From positions 1 through 64,000 of the forward strand of contig JBBISL010000004.1 in assembly GCA_037441285.1 (NCBI GenBank): a DNA stretch of 64,000 bases, read 5' to 3'. The DNA comes from a candidate division WOR-3 bacterium. GTDB taxonomy: Bacteria > Hydrothermota > Tepidihabitantia > Tepidihabitantales > Tepidihabitantaceae. Positions within the stretch are counted from its first letter, which is position 1. Each line of letters starts with the position of its first letter. The notes below the pieces were generated by a model. The model saw nothing but the letters and a program-made list of their open reading frames with translations, was not told where the DNA came from and made no database searches. Positions 10,164-20,087 of the stretch are shown here, piece by piece. The position numbers were made by a program, and so were the translations under genes.

Positions 10164-10943
10164 ATGGTAAAGGTTTGCGTTTTGTTTGCCGCGGGCATAA
10201 ACTGCGACCAGGAAACGGTGTATGCGTTTGAACTCGCGGGCGCCCATGCCGAAATAACCCACATCAATCGGCTAAAAGAAAGACCGGCACTCCTCGACCA
10301 GTATCAGATTCTTGCCATCCCCGGTGGTTTTTCTTACGGCGATTACATCGCCTCGGGCCGGGTCCTGGCAAATGAGTTAAAACACCACCTTGCCGCTGAA
10401 ATCGGAAAGTTCTTAGAAAAAGGCAAACTCATCCTTGGCATCTGCAATGGGTTTCAGGTGCTGGTCAAATCCGGACTCCTGCCCGGCTTTGAAAAGCCTT
10501 TTGAACGCCAGACCGTAACTCTTGACACCAACGATTCGGCTCGTTACGAAGACCGCTGGGTATATCTAAAAACCGAACATTCACCCTGTGTGTTCACCAC
10601 AAACCTCCCGGAAATAATCTATTTGCCCGTTGCCCACGCCGAAGGCAAGTTCATCCCGGGCTCAAGCCAGGTATTAAAGCAATTGAAAGCCAACAACCAG
10701 ATTGTATTCCGCTATGTCACCGCCCGGGGTGAAGAAGCAAACTATCCTGATAACCCCAATGGCTCAGTTGAGGGAATTGCCGGCATCTGCAATCCTACCG
10801 GTCGGGTTTTCGGCTTGATGCCCCACCCGGAACGCTACATCAGGATTGAACACCATCCCCGCTGGCATCGGGAAAGTTTGACAAAACCAGATGGAATTGC
10901 CATATTTGAAAATGCGGTACAATATGTTAAAAAGAACCTCTAA
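10164..10943 (+). CDS. purQ: Phosphoribosylformylglycinamidine synthase glutaminase subunit
   Basis: PGGFSYGDY, GICNGFQ, PVAHAEG, NPNGS, GLMPHPER. Confidence 0.95.
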   Translation: MVKVCVLFAAGINCDQETVYAFELAGAHAEITHINRLKERPALLDQYQILAIPGGFSYGDYIASGRVLANELKHHLAAEIGKFLEKGKLILGICNGFQVLVKSGLLPGFEKPFERQTVTLDTNDSARYEDRWVYLKTEHSPCVFTTNLPEIIYLPVAHAEGKFIPGSSQVLKQLKANNQIVFRYVTARGEEANYPDNPNGSVEGIAGICNPTGRVFGLMPHPERYIRIEHHPRWHRESLTKPDGIAIFENAVQYVKKNL

Positions 10944-11259
10944 AAGAAACGCGCCCACAAGAATTACTGACCATCCGATTTTACAGTTCAATCGGGGTCG
11001 AGAGCTAACCTTCTTTTTTGAAGGCAAAGCGATGAAAGGTTACGAAGGGGAAACGATTGCGGCCGCCCTGGTTGCCAATGGCGTTAAGGTCTTTCGTTAC
11101 AGTGAAAAACACAAGCGGGCTCGTGGATTCTTCTGTGCCGTTGGTAAATGCTCCTCCTGCTTAATGGTCGTTGACGGCAAACCCAATACGATGGTTTGTA
11201 TGGAACCACTGCGGCAAGGGGTGCGCGTTGAACGCCAACGCGGGAGGGGAAAGATATGA
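10924..11259 (+). CDS. (2Fe-2S)-binding protein, sarcosine oxidase/proline dehydrogenase alpha N-terminal type
   Basis: GETIAAAL.ANG, RGFFCAVGKCSSCLMVVDG...C. Confidence 0.85.
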   Translation: MLKRTSKRNAPTRITDHPILQFNRGRELTFFFEGKAMKGYEGETIAAALVANGVKVFRYSEKHKRARGFFCAVGKCSSCLMVVDGKPNTMVCMEPLRQGVRVERQRGRGKI

Positions 11260-12347
11260 GCAATTTCAAAGACGGCGGCATCGTGATTGTGGGCGGTGGT
11301 CCGGCCGGGCTATCCGCAGCAATCACCGCTGCCCAGCTTGGCGCACCGGTCACTTTAATTGACGACAATCCTCGTCTTGGTGGCCAGTTGATCAAACAAA
11401 CCCACAAATTCTTCGGTTCAAAAAGCCATTACTGCGGCATCCGGGGTATCGACATCGCCACCCTTCTTGAGCAGCAACTTTACGCAACGCCGGCAAAAGT
11501 CATCCTCAACACAACCGTAATCGGACATTTTAAGCCCAACATCCTCGGGCTTGCCAATCAACACACCTTTACAAAACTTTCCTATCAACGGCTAATCATC
11601 GCCACCGGTGCCAGTGAAAATACCACCCTGTTTGAAAACAACGACCTGCCCGGAATTTACGGTGCCGGTGCGGTCCAGACCTTGATGAATGTGTTCGGGA
11701 TAAGACCGGGCAAAAATGTTTTGATGGTTGGTTCAGGAAACATCGGGCTTATTGTCTCCTATCAACTGCTCCAGGCGGGTATCAATGTGGTGGCGGTAAT
11801 TGAAGCACTTCCTAAGATTGGCGGCTATCATGTCCATGCTGCGAAACTTGCCCGTTTAGGCATTCCCATACTCACCTCCCACACAATTAAGGCGGCGCTT
11901 GGGAAAGAGTATGTTACTGGTGCAGTCATCTGTCGGGTTGATAAAAACTTCAAACCAATCAAAGGCACCGAAAAAAGATTGAAGGTAGACACGATTTGCC
12001 TTGCCGTTGGGTTATCACCCTTAGTAGAGATTCTTTCTCAGATTGGCTGCCAGATGGTCTTTATTCCTCAACTGGGCGGACAGGTTGCCTGGCACAACGA
12101 GAATATGGAAACAACCGTTTCCGGCGTCTATGTTGCTGGTGACGCCAGTGGCGTTGAAGAACCCTCCACCGCCAAGCTTGAACCTAGCATCGCCGGCGCC
12201 CACGCTGCCGCCCGACTCACCGGAAAGGTAACCGAATCGCAAAATATCATTACCCAGGCAAAATTAGAACTCGCCGCAATCCGGCAGGGTCCTTTTGGTG
12301 AAAAAGCGGCAAAGGGCAAGGAAAAAATGATGCAAACGGTCCGTTAA
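11256..12347 (+). CDS. FAD/NAD(P)-dependent oxidoreductase (sarcosine oxidase alpha-like/thioredoxin reductase fold)
   Basis: GGGPAG, LGGQLIKQTHKFFG, IATGA, GSGNIG, VYVAGD. Confidence 0.85.
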   Translation: MSNFKDGGIVIVGGGPAGLSAAITAAQLGAPVTLIDDNPRLGGQLIKQTHKFFGSKSHYCGIRGIDIATLLEQQLYATPAKVILNTTVIGHFKPNILGLANQHTFTKLSYQRLIIATGASENTTLFENNDLPGIYGAGAVQTLMNVFGIRPGKNVLMVGSGNIGLIVSYQLLQAGINVVAVIEALPKIGGYHVHAAKLARLGIPILTSHTIKAALGKEYVTGAVICRVDKNFKPIKGTEKRLKVDTICLAVGLSPLVEILSQIGCQMVFIPQLGGQVAWHNENMETTVSGVYVAGDASGVEEPSTAKLEPSIAGAHAAARLTGKVTESQNIITQAKLELAAIRQGPFGEKAAKGKEKMMQTVR

Positions 12348-12361
12348 CATACCGGACTGGA

Positions 12362-14728
12362 ATGAAAACCAAACCTGCCAAGAGTGCGATTCCCAACCAG
12401 CCGAGTAACCGTTTTGTTCCCGCAGTCCCCTATCTTGTCCTTGCCGTTGCGGTAATCTTATTTTTCTGGGAAATTCTCACCCGCCAGAACTTCCTCTGGG
12501 AGGACATCCTTTATCAATACTACCCGTTCCACTTCTTCCTCTTCAAAAATCTGCGCCAGTTTCATCTCCCGCTCTGGAACCCGTATATGTTTGCCGGAAT
12601 GCCGTTTCTCGCCGATATCCAGACCCAGGTTTTCTATCCCCTCAACTGGCTCTTCGCCTTCATCGCCAACACGAACCAAAACTATGTCTTCTGGCTGGTC
12701 GAATTCAAATGCATCCTCCATCTGTTTCTCGGTGCCCTGAGTTTTTATCTTTTTATGCGGGAGTTAAAACTTTCCCGCTATTCCGGCGTCCTTGCCGGTA
12801 TTATATTTGCCTTTTCCGGGTTTATGGTCAGCCACATAATCCACCTTACCATCATCAGCACCTTTGCCTGGTTCCCGCTCATTTTGCTATTTTTTTATCG
12901 AACCCTGTTCCAGCGCCGATTACGCGACGCCAGCGCCACCGCCCTCACTCTCGGACTTGCCAATCTCGCGGGCCATCCCCAGATGACCCTGCACATTGTC
13001 TACGCCATTTGCCTTCTATTCATTTTATACCTCCTATTCAACTGGCGCGGTGAACTTCCCTATGTATTAAAAAACCACATCCCGCTTTTCCTTTTGACAA
13101 TTTTACTTGGTTTTGCCGTCTCAGCCGCCGCCTATCTTCCTGCCTACCGTTATTCTATTCATACCGTTCGGGAGATGATGACCTACGCTGAGGCTACCGA
13201 AACCTCGTTACCACCCTGGTTTCTCATTACCGTTCTCATCCCCAAATTTTTCGGCAGTATTGCTGGTGGCGTTGAAGAAACTGTGCCCTTCTGGGTTGAC
13301 CCGGCACGCTACAATTACTGGGAAACCTGCCTCTATGTCGGGGTTGTGCCGCTTATCCTTGCCGGTATCGGAATTTTTTTCAATCGCAACAAACTGCGCT
13401 GGCAATTTCTGATTCTTGCCTTTGTAGCACTCTTCTTTGCTCTGGGAAAGTTTACACCGCTTTACCGATTGGCTTTCAACATCCTTCCCGGCTTTGACCG
13501 CTTCCGAATACCAGCCCGGTTTGTTGACCTCTTCACAATCGCAATCGCCTTTCTGTCTGGACTGGGTATGGAGGTTCTGGTCAAACCCAATCCCAAGCCC
13601 GACTTTAAATCCAAAACCCGGGGTTATAAACTCCTAATTCCGGGAGTAATTGTCCTCGCTTACGGAACAACCATTCTATTTCTACTCATCACCGGCTTTC
13701 TCGCAAAAATTTTCCCGCCTCTTCAAGACCCGGGTCTGTTTCGCAACAGCCTGACCCAGAACGGTGTAATGTTTGGATTCATCATCAGCGGGCTACTGGT
13801 CATTCTCCTCATAAGAAATTCATCAAAATACCGTCCGTTATTCCTCGGTTTGTTAATTAGCCTCGCATTTTTCGACCTTTATACATTCGGGCGCCGCTTC
13901 AGTTTGGGGACAGTTTCCCCTGAAGAGTTTTATCCACCGCGCCCTTTTATCAAGACACTTATCGAAGAGTATAAAAACGACCCGTTCCGCATCAACGCCC
14001 GAAACGGACCCTATATGCTCCTGCAGCGCAACGAAGGTCTGCTCTGGGGACTGGAGTTACTGGAAGGTTATACACCGTTAAAACTTACCGACTATGTTAC
14101 ATTTGACATCCCGGTTAGCCGCCGCAACGACCTGTTAAATGTCCGCTACCAGATTCACATCGACTCGGTTCGCGGTACAATGACCCTGGTGCAAAATCCA
14201 ACTGCGCTGCCTCGCTACTGGCTTGCCGACTCTTTCATTGTCATCCCCGACCGGGCAACAATCCTTAATCGCCTTGCTGATACCACCTTTGACTTTCGCC
14301 GGGTTGCAATTCTGGAAGAAAAGCCCGGCTTAAATTTTGAACAGCCATCCCAGCCGAGCCTTAATCTCGCTTCCGACTCCACCCGGCAAAAAAGTATTAC
14401 GGTAATAAAACGCACAACCGAGCGAATCGAACTTACGGTCGAAACTAACAAACCGGCAATCCTCTTGTTTTCCGAAATCTACTATCCTGAATGGAAAGCG
14501 ACCATTGATGAAAAACCGGCAAAATTGCTGCGCGGGGACTACTGTCTGCGCGCCCTGCCCTTAACACCGGGCAAACATAAAGTTGTAACCTGGTACGACC
14601 GCACCGGTGTCAATCTGGGTATCTTTATCAGCAAAATTGCCCTGCTCGTAATCGTCCTGATTTTCTTTTTTACCCGTTCCCGCTTAAAACCTTTGTCAAC
14701 GGAAGTAAAGCACCGCCACAACACTTAA
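12362..14728 (+). CDS. YfhO-family membrane protein (GT-C glycosyltransferase-like)
   Basis: PLWNPYMFAGMPFLAD, FRIPARF, C-terminal SEIYYPEWKATID; many TM helices. Confidence 0.85.
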   Translation: MKTKPAKSAIPNQPSNRFVPAVPYLVLAVAVILFFWEILTRQNFLWEDILYQYYPFHFFLFKNLRQFHLPLWNPYMFAGMPFLADIQTQVFYPLNWLFAFIANTNQNYVFWLVEFKCILHLFLGALSFYLFMRELKLSRYSGVLAGIIFAFSGFMVSHIIHLTIISTFAWFPLILLFFYRTLFQRRLRDASATALTLGLANLAGHPQMTLHIVYAICLLFILYLLFNWRGELPYVLKNHIPLFLLTILLGFAVSAAAYLPAYRYSIHTVREMMTYAEATETSLPPWFLITVLIPKFFGSIAGGVEETVPFWVDPARYNYWETCLYVGVVPLILAGIGIFFNRNKLRWQFLILAFVALFFALGKFTPLYRLAFNILPGFDRFRIPARFVDLFTIAIAFLSGLGMEVLVKPNPKPDFKSKTRGYKLLIPGVIVLAYGTTILFLLITGFLAKIFPPLQDPGLFRNSLTQNGVMFGFIISGLLVILLIRNSSKYRPLFLGLLISLAFFDLYTFGRRFSLGTVSPEEFYPPRPFIKTLIEEYKNDPFRINARNGPYMLLQRNEGLLWGLELLEGYTPLKLTDYVTFDIPVSRRNDLLNVRYQIHIDSVRGTMTLVQNPTALPRYWLADSFIVIPDRATILNRLADTTFDFRRVAILEEKPGLNFEQPSQPSLNLASDSTRQKSITVIKRTTERIELTVETNKPAILLFSEIYYPEWKATIDEKPAKLLRGDYCLRALPLTPGKHKVVTWYDRTGVNLGIFISKIALLVIVLIFFFTRSRLKPLSTEVKHRHNT

Positions 14729-15568
14729 CAACCACAAAACAATATCGATAATCAGCGGCACATCGGTAAACAAAACCTTTTCCGGCGCGCCGCCCTCCTC
14801 TTTGCGATAAACGAGGTAAAGGTAGCGATAAATCCCGTAAAGTACAAACGGCACCGTCAATATCAGGTTGTGGGTTCCAAATTTATGAACCGTCTCCGGC
14901 GCAATCGTATAAAGGCAATAGGCGATAACGGTTGAGGATGTTGCCACGGCAATCATCTGGTCTAAAAGTGTCTCCGAATACTTGCCCAGAACACTGCGAT
15001 GAGAAATCCCGCCGCCTTCAAGATAGAGCAGTTCGTGCCGTCGCTTTGCCAGCGCCAGAAACAGGGCAAGGAGAATCGCACAGACAAAAAGCCAGGGTGA
15101 AATCTGGACCTGAACCAGAAATGTACCGGAAATTGCCCGAATCGCAAAACCAGCAGCAACAACCATTACATCCAGGACAACAATCTTCTTCAGGTATGTC
15201 GAATATGCCAGTTGAAGAATGAAGTAACCAAGAATCAAAAGGCCAAAACGTCCGGATAAGGCAAAACCGCCACCAATTCCGAGAATTACTATCACCACCG
15301 CTGCAATCCCGGCGGTCCCGGGCTTTAACACGCCGGCGGCAATCGGCCGGAACTTTTTCTTGGGATGGGAACGGTCATTCTCCCGGTCAAGAATGTCGTT
15401 AATAATATAAACCGCGCCCGAAATTAAACAGAAGGCGACAAATCCGGCAAATGTCTCCAGCAGTTTTATCAGATTGAAAAGATTCTGGGAAAAAATTAAA
15501 GGAGCAAAGACCAAAAGGTTTTTAACCCACTGTTTGGGACGCATCGACTTTACAATTGCCCGTAACAT
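14696..15568 (-). CDS. UbiA-family prenyltransferase (decaprenyl-phosphate phosphoribosyltransferase-like)
   Basis: RPKQWVKN, YIINDILDRENDRSHPKKKFRPIAAG, YSTYLK, KRRHEL, YGIYRY. Confidence 0.9.
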   Translation of the reverse strand: MLRAIVKSMRPKQWVKNLLVFAPLIFSQNLFNLIKLLETFAGFVAFCLISGAVYIINDILDRENDRSHPKKKFRPIAAGVLKPGTAGIAAVVIVILGIGGGFALSGRFGLLILGYFILQLAYSTYLKKIVVLDVMVVAAGFAIRAISGTFLVQVQISPWLFVCAILLALFLALAKRRHELLYLEGGGISHRSVLGKYSETLLDQMIAVATSSTVIAYCLYTIAPETVHKFGTHNLILTVPFVLYGIYRYLYLVYRKEEGGAPEKVLFTDVPLIIDIVLWLLSVVAVLYFR

Positions 15569-15628
15569 ATTGATTAGTTTTACCGCAAACGCGCTAACTG
15601 TCAATTTATTCCCTGATGGATAAAATTA

Positions 15629-17815
15629 TCAGCGTTTGGTACGCCGGACAATCTGATAGAACCGATTGTTGTCTCGGGACAACTCAACAAAATCCTCGGT
15701 CGGGTTAACATCCACCCAGAACAGAGCTTCACCCTCAAAACTTATCGAATCTGAAGGAATTTCAAAGGTCAAAATCCTCAACTGTTGCGGAGTTAGGTTC
15801 AACTGTAGCGCACCCACCAGAGTATCGGTAAGCAGGATACCATTCAGATAAAACCTGATACGACAACCAGATTCACCCGAATAGCTACGATTACCGATGT
15901 TGCGCAGCCACAACTTTACCGTTAACCGCTCACCCAACCTGATTGAATCCGGAAAAATCCGAACGCTGTCCACCGCCAAATCGGGCCTGCGGCGCGCAGA
16001 CCGCTCACAGATAAAAACGGGCTGCACTCCAACATTCAACCTCAGCCTGCCCTCGGCATCCGCTTTGACCGTCTTTACCATCGGATTGTCATCATAAGCA
16101 AGAGGTATTACCCCAAGGGTATCACAGCCCACCGGCAGTGTTATCTGAACTGTGTTAACTGTATCCTTATCGGTAAATTGATTACGCCCGACAAACCAGA
16201 CTCGTTTGCCGGTCAAAGGCTGCTCAAACTGATAAATCCGCACCGAATCGTCCCGGGCATCACCTAAAATCACCCTGCCATTACACCGTTTGCCCCTGAG
16301 AATGCGGAATGTTTGAGCAAGAGCATAGTAACCTGGTTTGGGTTGAAAGCGCGCATTGAGCAAACCGTAACTACCCTCAATAAAATCACCCCGCGCCAGA
16401 AAGGAGTAAAAGCAAATTCGGTCATAGCCACCACCTGGCAATGACTGGCTACCGCATGCCGCCACAAAGGCTTTACCTACCCAGTTTGCCTGCTGTCTTT
16501 CCCGGAAGTCACCGTTTTGACCAAGAGAAGGCGTACCGATTTCAGTTATCCACAGTTCACCGTAATCACCGTTTGCGTGCATCACCGCCCGCAAACTCTC
16601 TACCTGCATATCAAAGAGACTGGCATTAAAATCCCAATCCTGATAAGGATGAAACGACACCCCACTCCACAACTTTTTCGGTACCAGACGATAGCAGTAA
16701 CTGAGCATCTCTTCGGGCGGTATTCGGGTAAAAATGGGTGGTTGCGTTGCCACCAGTGAGCCAATCAACACCTTCGCCTGACCCCGGGTTATTGAATCGA
16801 TTACCGTGGCTGCGACCTCAACCAATCGCGCATAAAGTGAACACAACCCCTGCCGGGTATCGGCAATATCGTATTGAAACTGGGGCGGTTTCCAGAACCT
16901 TGCGGTATCGTTTGGTTCATTCCACACTTCATACACATCAATCAGTTTAAGCTCATTGTAGTAATGTCGCACAACACCCTCAACATACCTTGCCCAGTAA
17001 TTTGAAGGGTGCCATACATCTAAATACAGATTGCGCGGCGGGCTGGACTCCAAAGCGTCAATACGGGTTCCTGCCCAGGGTGCGCAGTAGTTAAGGATGC
17101 CAATCACCTTACAGCCCATTGTTTTGGTTGAAAAGAAAACCGCCCGGTCTAACTGCGTAAAGTCAAAATCGGCACTGGAGTCAGGCCAGACCCAATTCCA
17201 GAGTAGGTCGATTCGGTCCAGGTAAACACCCGCATTCTGTACCAGTTGGGGAACATTCTGTTTGCGGGCGGCAGTTGTGTCATATGCCGCAATCTGCGCC
17301 CCCCAAAAACTACTGTCAATGGTCTTCATCACCCCATACACCCGCATACACAAATCGGCAGAATCCGAAGCAAAACTGTTCAACAACCTGCCGTATTGAT
17401 AAGGGTTGCGTCGGTCGTAGTAAAACCGGATTGAGTCCGGTTCGGCGCCGCTGAACCTGAACTCGTAATGCTTACCCCGCCTGAAAGAATATCGCCTGCC
17501 CCATTTTTCAAACCGGACCCAATTTGAGTTTCGGTTCTGGACCGCCGTACCCCACATCACCTTTTTTTCGCCATCCCAGACCTCAAGCCGAACCCTTTTG
17601 CCCGCGCTCCTAAAACCCGCAAACAACTCAACATAAACCAGACTGTCAAAGTTACAGGTAATGGTCTGGGAAACATAACCGTTAGCACCGATGCCCTTTA
17701 TCCAGCCTGACCAATCAGCACGGACCGGCATCACCTCATACGACTTTACCATACCAGACAATTGGGTGCAGACCCCAACTATTAACCCCAATACACTTCC
17801 CCAGCTCCGCGTCAT
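15629..17815 (-). CDS. Secreted clan GH-A glycoside hydrolase (GH39/GH5-like) with C-terminal CARDB-like Ig domain
   Basis: YEVWNEPN acid/base, SFHPY, LWITEIG nucleophile; PDLAV...RNIGN...VNPTEDFVELSRDNN. Confidence 0.75.
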   Translation of the reverse strand: MTRSWGSVLGLIVGVCTQLSGMVKSYEVMPVRADWSGWIKGIGANGYVSQTITCNFDSLVYVELFAGFRSAGKRVRLEVWDGEKKVMWGTAVQNRNSNWVRFEKWGRRYSFRRGKHYEFRFSGAEPDSIRFYYDRRNPYQYGRLLNSFASDSADLCMRVYGVMKTIDSSFWGAQIAAYDTTAARKQNVPQLVQNAGVYLDRIDLLWNWVWPDSSADFDFTQLDRAVFFSTKTMGCKVIGILNYCAPWAGTRIDALESSPPRNLYLDVWHPSNYWARYVEGVVRHYYNELKLIDVYEVWNEPNDTARFWKPPQFQYDIADTRQGLCSLYARLVEVAATVIDSITRGQAKVLIGSLVATQPPIFTRIPPEEMLSYCYRLVPKKLWSGVSFHPYQDWDFNASLFDMQVESLRAVMHANGDYGELWITEIGTPSLGQNGDFRERQQANWVGKAFVAACGSQSLPGGGYDRICFYSFLARGDFIEGSYGLLNARFQPKPGYYALAQTFRILRGKRCNGRVILGDARDDSVRIYQFEQPLTGKRVWFVGRNQFTDKDTVNTVQITLPVGCDTLGVIPLAYDDNPMVKTVKADAEGRLRLNVGVQPVFICERSARRRPDLAVDSVRIFPDSIRLGERLTVKLWLRNIGNRSYSGESGCRIRFYLNGILLTDTLVGALQLNLTPQQLRILTFEIPSDSISFEGEALFWVDVNPTEDFVELSRDNNRFYQIVRRTKR

Positions 17816-18220
17816 TTCCTGTCCCCGCTATCTGACAGCACTCCCTCGCTGCCGAAGAGTGCTAAATTACGAGCCGTCTTCACACCCCAATTGTAGAAGC
17901 CAGAAATTTAGGGTCAAGGTAAACTAACCCCGCTCAATGGATGCTGGTTATTGAAAATATCCCAACCCGGTTTTCTAACTGGAAAACTGTTTGCTCCGGA
18001 GACGGAAAAGGGACACAGTACAGTGACAAGAACAGACCCCCTCATTCTGATTATAATATTACCCCTTATACAACCCCGGGAGCCGCAGCAAGGTATGCCC
18101 CGGGCTTGCCCGGTAAAACTCCCCAACTTATCTAAAACCGGTCAGTTGTGTGACGAACTATAAATTCCGCCGTTAATTTTCCCTCCGCATGGAGTCATAT
18201 TTACATAAACAGAACTGACA

Positions 18221-19069
18221 TTAAACCGGGAACCGCTTGTATAACCGCTTCCGGTTTGCCTCAAGCCGCCGGGGTTCTACACCCATAAAAGTAGCCCCAT
18301 CAACAACCCGGGATTTTGAATTTTCTCTCAAAGCATCAAGCCACTCTTTACCCGCCTCGCAACGCATCAGGTGATGGTCAACAATGAGCAGTCCAGTAGC
18401 CTGTGCGAGCCGGACACCATTGGCAAAAGCCCGCATCCGGGTCTCTTTATCCAAAACCGGGAGATAAATCGGCGGTCCGGCAACAAAAACCACATCCGGT
18501 TTCCAGGCGATTATTGCATCAACCGTCGCTTCATCAAGCAACTGGATGTCTGAACCGTGGACAAAAACTTCCCCACCATCCCTCACCCTGGTCATCATCA
18601 CCCTACCCCGACCTTCAGCACCATGCTGAACCGGCAAGGAAAAACTGACATCACTGGCGTTTTTGGCATCGGCTTCAACCACCCTTTCGCCCAGAGTCTG
18701 TACAAACGCCCAAAATCTCTCCTCCATCAAGCGGGTGTTGCCGGTTCTACCCTTGACCCAGAGGGAACTCGCACTTAGTTTTGCTACAAAATCGGCAAGG
18801 CTAATTTGATACGGGTCAGGTTTCGACAACGGTGCATGGTCACCATGAAAATGGCTAATAACAACATCGGTTGCCATTTTAACCTCGTGAAGAATTCTAT
18901 CCCTTATCGCCGCCGCCTGACAAACTTCAACCTTGTGGGGAGCCAATCCAAATCGCCGCGGTGCCAGGGCAACACCCGGGTCAATCAATACCCTTCTACT
19001 ACCTGCTTCCACGACACAGCACATACTCCGGACACCAAGCGACTCGGCGCCGATAATCCTTATTTTCAT
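18221..19069 (-). CDS. MBL-fold metallohydrolase (UPF0282-like)
   Basis: AESLGVRSM, IDPGVAL, ISHFHGDH, SDIQ, DHHLMR. Confidence 0.85.
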   Translation of the reverse strand: MKIRIIGAESLGVRSMCCVVEAGSRRVLIDPGVALAPRRFGLAPHKVEVCQAAAIRDRILHEVKMATDVVISHFHGDHAPLSKPDPYQISLADFVAKLSASSLWVKGRTGNTRLMEERFWAFVQTLGERVVEADAKNASDVSFSLPVQHGAEGRGRVMMTRVRDGGEVFVHGSDIQLLDEATVDAIIAWKPDVVFVAGPPIYLPVLDKETRMRAFANGVRLAQATGLLIVDHHLMRCEAGKEWLDALRENSKSRVVDGATFMGVEPRRLEANRKRLYKRFPV

Positions 19070-19156
19070 CGCTCTTACAGCATATCGGCCTTTTCAGTTT
19101 AAGCAACCCTTTCTGATTATATTGACTTCCACCGCATCCCGCATAAATTATTCCCG

Positions 19157-20053
19157 ATGAACCAAGAATCAGATTTCTGTTATATCCGTTCGGTTGACTA
19201 TCCGGATGGTACGATACTGCCCAAAAAGATTGCTCGGATTTCCCCTGATGACCGGGGTTTTTACTTTGCGGATGGTGTCTATGAAGTAATTCGCACCTAT
19301 CAGGGCAGACTTTTCCATTTCCGCGACCATCTGACCCGGTTTAAGAACAGTTTACAGGCGATTAGGATTAACCTGCCGGATGTTGAGGGTATTGAGAAAA
19401 TTTGCTACGAACTGCTCCGTTACAACAACCTGACCGATGCCGATGCCTTTTTCTACATCCAGGTAACACGCGGTGTAAGCCCCCGTAACCTCCTTTTCCC
19501 TTCCCCCGCGCCAATACCCACCCTTTACATTTCAGTAATGCCCATCACCCCACCAACCGTGGAACGAAAAGATGGCATTAAGGTTATCACCGTTCCTGAC
19601 ATCCGCTGGCACCGCTGCGACATCAAGGCAATTGGACTTTTGCCCAGCGTCCTTGCCCGTCAGGCGGCGGCTGAAGCCGGTGCCCAGGAGGCAATTTTCG
19701 TCCGCAACGACATTGTTACTGAGGGCACCCACACCAACCTGTTTGGTGTTAAACAGGGCACGGTTATCACCCATCCCCTTAACAACCACATCCTCCCTGG
19801 TGTCACTCGGATTGTTCTTTTAAAACTTTGTGCCCGACTTCGCCTACCGCTTCGTGAAACAACGCTTACCGAATCTGAACTGTATCAACTGGACGAACTG
19901 TTTGTCACCAGCACAACCTGGGAGGTCGTACCGGTAATTGAGGTTAACAGGAAACCGGTCGGTTCTGGCAAACCCGGTCTGATTACCCGACAACTGCAAG
20001 AGGAATTTGGAAAGTATGTCTGGGAAATCATCAAGCAAAGCAATTCCGCTTGA
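19157..20053 (+). CDS. dat: D-amino acid aminotransferase (class IV PLP)
   Basis: DRGFYFADGVYEV, YIQVTRG, DIRW.RCDIK, ILPGVTR. Confidence 0.88.
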   Translation: MNQESDFCYIRSVDYPDGTILPKKIARISPDDRGFYFADGVYEVIRTYQGRLFHFRDHLTRFKNSLQAIRINLPDVEGIEKICYELLRYNNLTDADAFFYIQVTRGVSPRNLLFPSPAPIPTLYISVMPITPPTVERKDGIKVITVPDIRWHRCDIKAIGLLPSVLARQAAAEAGAQEAIFVRNDIVTEGTHTNLFGVKQGTVITHPLNNHILPGVTRIVLLKLCARLRLPLRETTLTESELYQLDELFVTSTTWEVVPVIEVNRKPVGSGKPGLITRQLQEEFGKYVWEIIKQSNSA

Positions 20054-20087
20054 CCGCTTACTTACAATGGGCTACACTGATTGAGGT

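Noticed and set aside
17914..18220. Short ORFs or ncRNA between the GH and MBL genes
   Set aside because: No SD/promoter support, recognisable motif or RNA family signature.
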